Source: a virus
Taxonomy: Duplodnaviria > Caudoviricetes
Strand: one strand, 5' to 3'
Virus record (IMG/VR): IMGVR_UViG_3300021255_001366
Location: 59,920-123,919 of that record
DNA length: 64,000 nucleotides
Both the position numbers and the translations under genes were made by a program. Positions 60,473 through 64,000 of this stretch are shown piece by piece (the stretch's first letter is position 1; each line of letters starts with the position of its first letter). The notes below the pieces were generated by a model, which saw nothing but the letters and a program-made list of their open reading frames with translations, was not told where the DNA came from and did no database searches.

Positions 60473-63400
60473 ATGCAGATTGTAATTGATATATCCGACA
60501 AGAAGTACAAGTCGATATGTGACCATTTTATGTTCATGCACGAAAACGAAGTTATGTTTGCGGTCAAGGAAGGCATACCGCTTCCTGAATTCCTCGATAA
60601 AATCACGGCAGAGATAGTAGAAAAATATAGTGACTGTGATATATGCACGTTCTATGAGGATTATGATTACGATGAAAATGATATATCTGAATATCGGGCA
60701 GTAGGGAATATAACGGATATTATTGATATTATCGACAAGTACAAAGAAAGCGAGGTACCGGATGCAGATTGTGATTGAGATAGACGATGACGATTATCAA
60801 TTCATTAAAGACACAGAGTTTGAAAATTATGTAGTAACTCAGCATCTGTATGAAGCAGTTTATGAAGGCAAGTCACTTCCCAATAAAGAAGAACTAATTA
60901 ACGCGCTAAATTATGACAGAAATCAATATAGCAAAGGATATAAAGATGGGGTTAACGATGTGCTTGATAAGATAAAAGCTGAATTTATATCTTTGTATCC
61001 TAAGAATTACGCAGGAGAACCTGAACTTGGTGGTTTAAGTTGCGTATTTTCACTCAATAAGGTGTTTGAGATTCTTGATAAGTACAAAGAAGAAAGTGAG
61101 GTGGAGAAATGAATACAATAGAAATAATGGATTGCGGAGAAATTAGTTGTGAATATTGTAGCAAAGATAAATGTATTTATATGACTGATAACAAGGCAGA
61201 AAGTGAGGATAAATAATGACATTAAAAGAAGCACAAAAACAAAATAAATTTGGAGACGTAATGACTCTTGCAGAGTTTAGAAATAATGTAAAATCAGGAT
61301 GCTTTATCCCGGATGACGGCATTGGATATCTTCATGATGGGGAGAAACAGACAGGCATCTCTGTTTGGTCTATCGACATATTTAATTCAAAATATGATTC
61401 ATATCCGTACGTATGTTGGTACAATAAATAACTTGTGAGTTGGAAAAGGAGTGATTTACAATGATTTTTAGTTTTAATCAATGTACTATAGATCCTGCAT
61501 GTTTACCGCTCAGAGACGAAGAAGGCAATATTATTGTAGATAGAGTAACTGATAAAGAAAGAAACATGACAGATAAGCGAATAAAAGAAACCATAGAAAG
61601 ATACAAACCTGTCACTTTGCAAGAACACGATGCAGAGCCAAGAAAACTAAAAGCTATTCTTGATGTGGAAACAAATGACATTTATATCCTTAAAACAACA
61701 AAAGGATTTGCAGAAAGCATGAAGATGACTATTGAGGACAGAGATGATGATGCAGAAAGAGAGAAAGAATGGTATTCAAATTGGGAATGTGATGATGAAA
61801 TAATCTGTCCTTATTGTGGCAAGAAATATGAGCCGTCTTATGAGGAAACATATATAGGCGGCGAAGAAGTTGATTGCTACCAAGAAGGTGAACAAGGCGA
61901 GTTTACGTGTGATAAGTGTGGAAAGAAATTTAGCTTATCAGCAGAATCTAAGTGGGAATATACCACAGAAACCATTGATGGAGAAATGACCGAGGAAGAA
62001 CACTATGATTTGGAAAAGTAATGAATAGGAGGATTGAGATGAAGAAATTTGAGATGAGAATGGTGCGATATATTAAGGTAGAAAGTGAGGATAAGGAATG
62101 AGGTGGACAACATTCTATTATGACTTAATAAGAGAACAAGTGTCGGCGTTGAAAGTGCATGAAAATAAAGAAGTAGCACTAAAGCACTTCAATGCTAACT
62201 GTAAAAACTATTTTCAACTTAATACCCAATTCAAAGCTGATAAACTTCCTGCAACATACGGGTATCCCATGAGAAAGTATTACGGCATATCGGCAACGGC
62301 ATTTAAGAAAATGTTTGGTATTAGCGTGGATGAAGCATTGAAACAAGCAAAAAGTGAGGAGTAGATATGGTAGCAATTAAAGATATGGAAATGCCAAAGA
62401 ATTGTGAAGAATGTAAATTATTTCATTTTTATCTCGATATAAATGGAGTAATACACGATATTTGTAAATATGGAAATATGGAGATGTGTGGAGATTTGAA
62501 AAATAAAAGAAATGATTCTTGCCCTTTAATTGTGGCAGAAAGCGAGGATCAGGAATGAAGATAAAACAATACTTTGATTATGATCCTGCATGGGATGAGA
62601 TAGCTGATGAATTTGCCAAAAATGAGTCAGTGTATCAAGCACAAGCTCTTAATAGAATTGGGCTTAGATTCAAAAATTGGGCTAAAAATGGGAATAATAC
62701 ATCGACGTATATGCAGCTATTAGAGATAGCAGAAGATTTGGATGATGATGGACGATGGTTTATCAAAACATTATGCGAGTACATGGAAGGCTAGGAAGAA
62801 AGTGAGGGAGAAGCATGAGTTGGGGTATAAGCGAAAATGCAAGCGAAAAAGAAAAACTAAAGGCAGAAGTTAATGATTATTTTCACGGCTTAAATGCAGT
62901 AGGAAAGATAGATTATATCGGATATAGCAAATTATATGATGCGTGTATGCCTATTCTGGATGAATGCTATGACCGAATTAAGGCAGAAAGTGAGGGGTGA
63001 GAAATGACCATAACAAAGTATGACGGAGTGGCTATATTACCAAAGCGTTGTGACATATGCAATCGTCTGTTTTGGTTAGAGCCATACAACACATTCTATA
63101 AAATCGTTGGAATAGACGGCTTTCCCCTTAAACATATAAAGTGTAAGGATTGCATAGACAAGGAGAAAGTGAGGGATAAGAAATGACACATCAATATATG
63201 GAAATTAAAATAAAAGAATTAGAGAAACGAATCGATGCTTTAGAGAAAGAGCATTGTGAGTATAAGCCATTCACTATTGGCGAACTGGACGAGGATATGC
63301 AGAAATTGTTTAGATCGTTTCAGGATCAAAAGGTATTAGATTCTGTCATACCAGATCAAGAGCCTTGTGAGAATTGTATCAGTAGACAGGCTGTAATCAA

Positions 63401-63719
63401 TACTATCCACAAGACTATTTATGGATTCTTTGATGTAGTCGATGATGATTCAGAAGAACCTATAAATGACAAAGATAAATTATTGTTATCTATAAATAAA
63501 GGTATATCAAATGCGGTTAAAGCATTACCACTCGCTATACCACAACCAAAGATGGGGCGGTGGATGTTAAAAAGAATATTCCCAACGAAACTTTATGACG
63601 AACACTTAAATGAATATGAGTGTTCGGAGTGCAGTCGGGGAATAAGATGCACGGAAAGTCAATTAGTTAATTATCCATATTGCCATTGCGGTGCAAAGAT
63701 GCAGGAGGTGAAGGAATGA
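60473..63719 (+). other. Array of small accessory genes, many ending in (A)ESE, including Zn-ribbon proteins 61461-62021 and 63183-63719
   Basis: Consecutive ORFs with GAAAG(T/C)GAGG junctions; CPYC/CDKC and CSEC/CHCGAKM motifs. Confidence 0.65.
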
Positions 63720-64000
63720 CAGATAGAGAAAAGGCAATAGTAATGGCTTATACGGGAAAATGTATGTTGGCAGGTGATAAATTACAGATATTTTACAAGT
63801 ATGTTGAGGATATAATGGGCAGACCAATATGGACGGATGATATTGGATGGCTTGAAGATGAGATAAAGGAAAAATCAAAAGCCGATTTTATGGTATTATG
63901 TGCGGATGAACAGACCGAATGGATTCCTGTAAGTGAAAGGTTGCCAAAGCCGGGTGAATATGTCGGTGATGTCGCAAAATATTACCTTGTGCAAAATGAG
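63716..64000 (+). CDS. Hypothetical protein with a DUF551-like WIPVSERLP module, truncated by the window edge
   Basis: Read by eye: MTDREKAIVMAYTG...EWIPVSERLPKPGE. Confidence 0.6.
   Translation, partial: MTDREKAIVMAYTGKCMLAGDKLQIFYKYVEDIMGRPIWTDDIGWLEDEIKEKSKADFMVLCADEQTEWIPVSERLPKPGEYVGDVAKYYLVQNE

Overview
This window looks like part of a large temperate, SPbeta-like siphophage or prophage of a low-GC Firmicute. The gene style suggests Clostridia/Lachnospiraceae, but the host is an inference. The left arm (1-39.3 kb) is almost all on the minus strand. From right to left it carries a RepL-like protein with upstream iterons, a YonO-type single-subunit RNA polymerase, HU-like proteins, a metallophosphoesterase and two degenerate tRNAs. 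Next come terminase, portal, a GIY-YIG endonuclease, prohead protease/scaffold, major capsid, head-tail and tail genes. These are followed by an IscS-like cysteine desulfurase, a tyrosine recombinase, holin-like genes, a RuvC-like resolvase, a six-gene low-complexity/Cys-rich module, and the first ~2050 codons of a giant tape-measure-like ORF that runs off the window. The right arm (40-64 kb, plus strand) is a dense array of small early/accessory genes with a second tyrosine recombinase next to a RadC/JAB gene. Five unexplained signals stand out. (1) Ten consecutive gene junctions at 51.8-54.6 kb each carry an imperfect palindrome ATAAAA-N6-TTTNA(A/T) between stop codon and RBS, resembling an integron-like single-gene cassette array. 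(2) Two large, hairpin-dense non-coding regions are candidate giant ncRNAs: ~570 nt downstream of the portal gene, and ~780 nt at the start of the early arm, bracketed by tRNA-like elements. (3) A JAB/MPN-like metalloprotease motif sits inside the tape-measure ORF. (4) Two paralogous 'NPIDY-MSFG-WASCH' proteins flank an M28 peptidase. (5) There is a stand-alone RNA polymerase alpha-CTD homolog. All calls come from reading motifs by eye; no searches were run.
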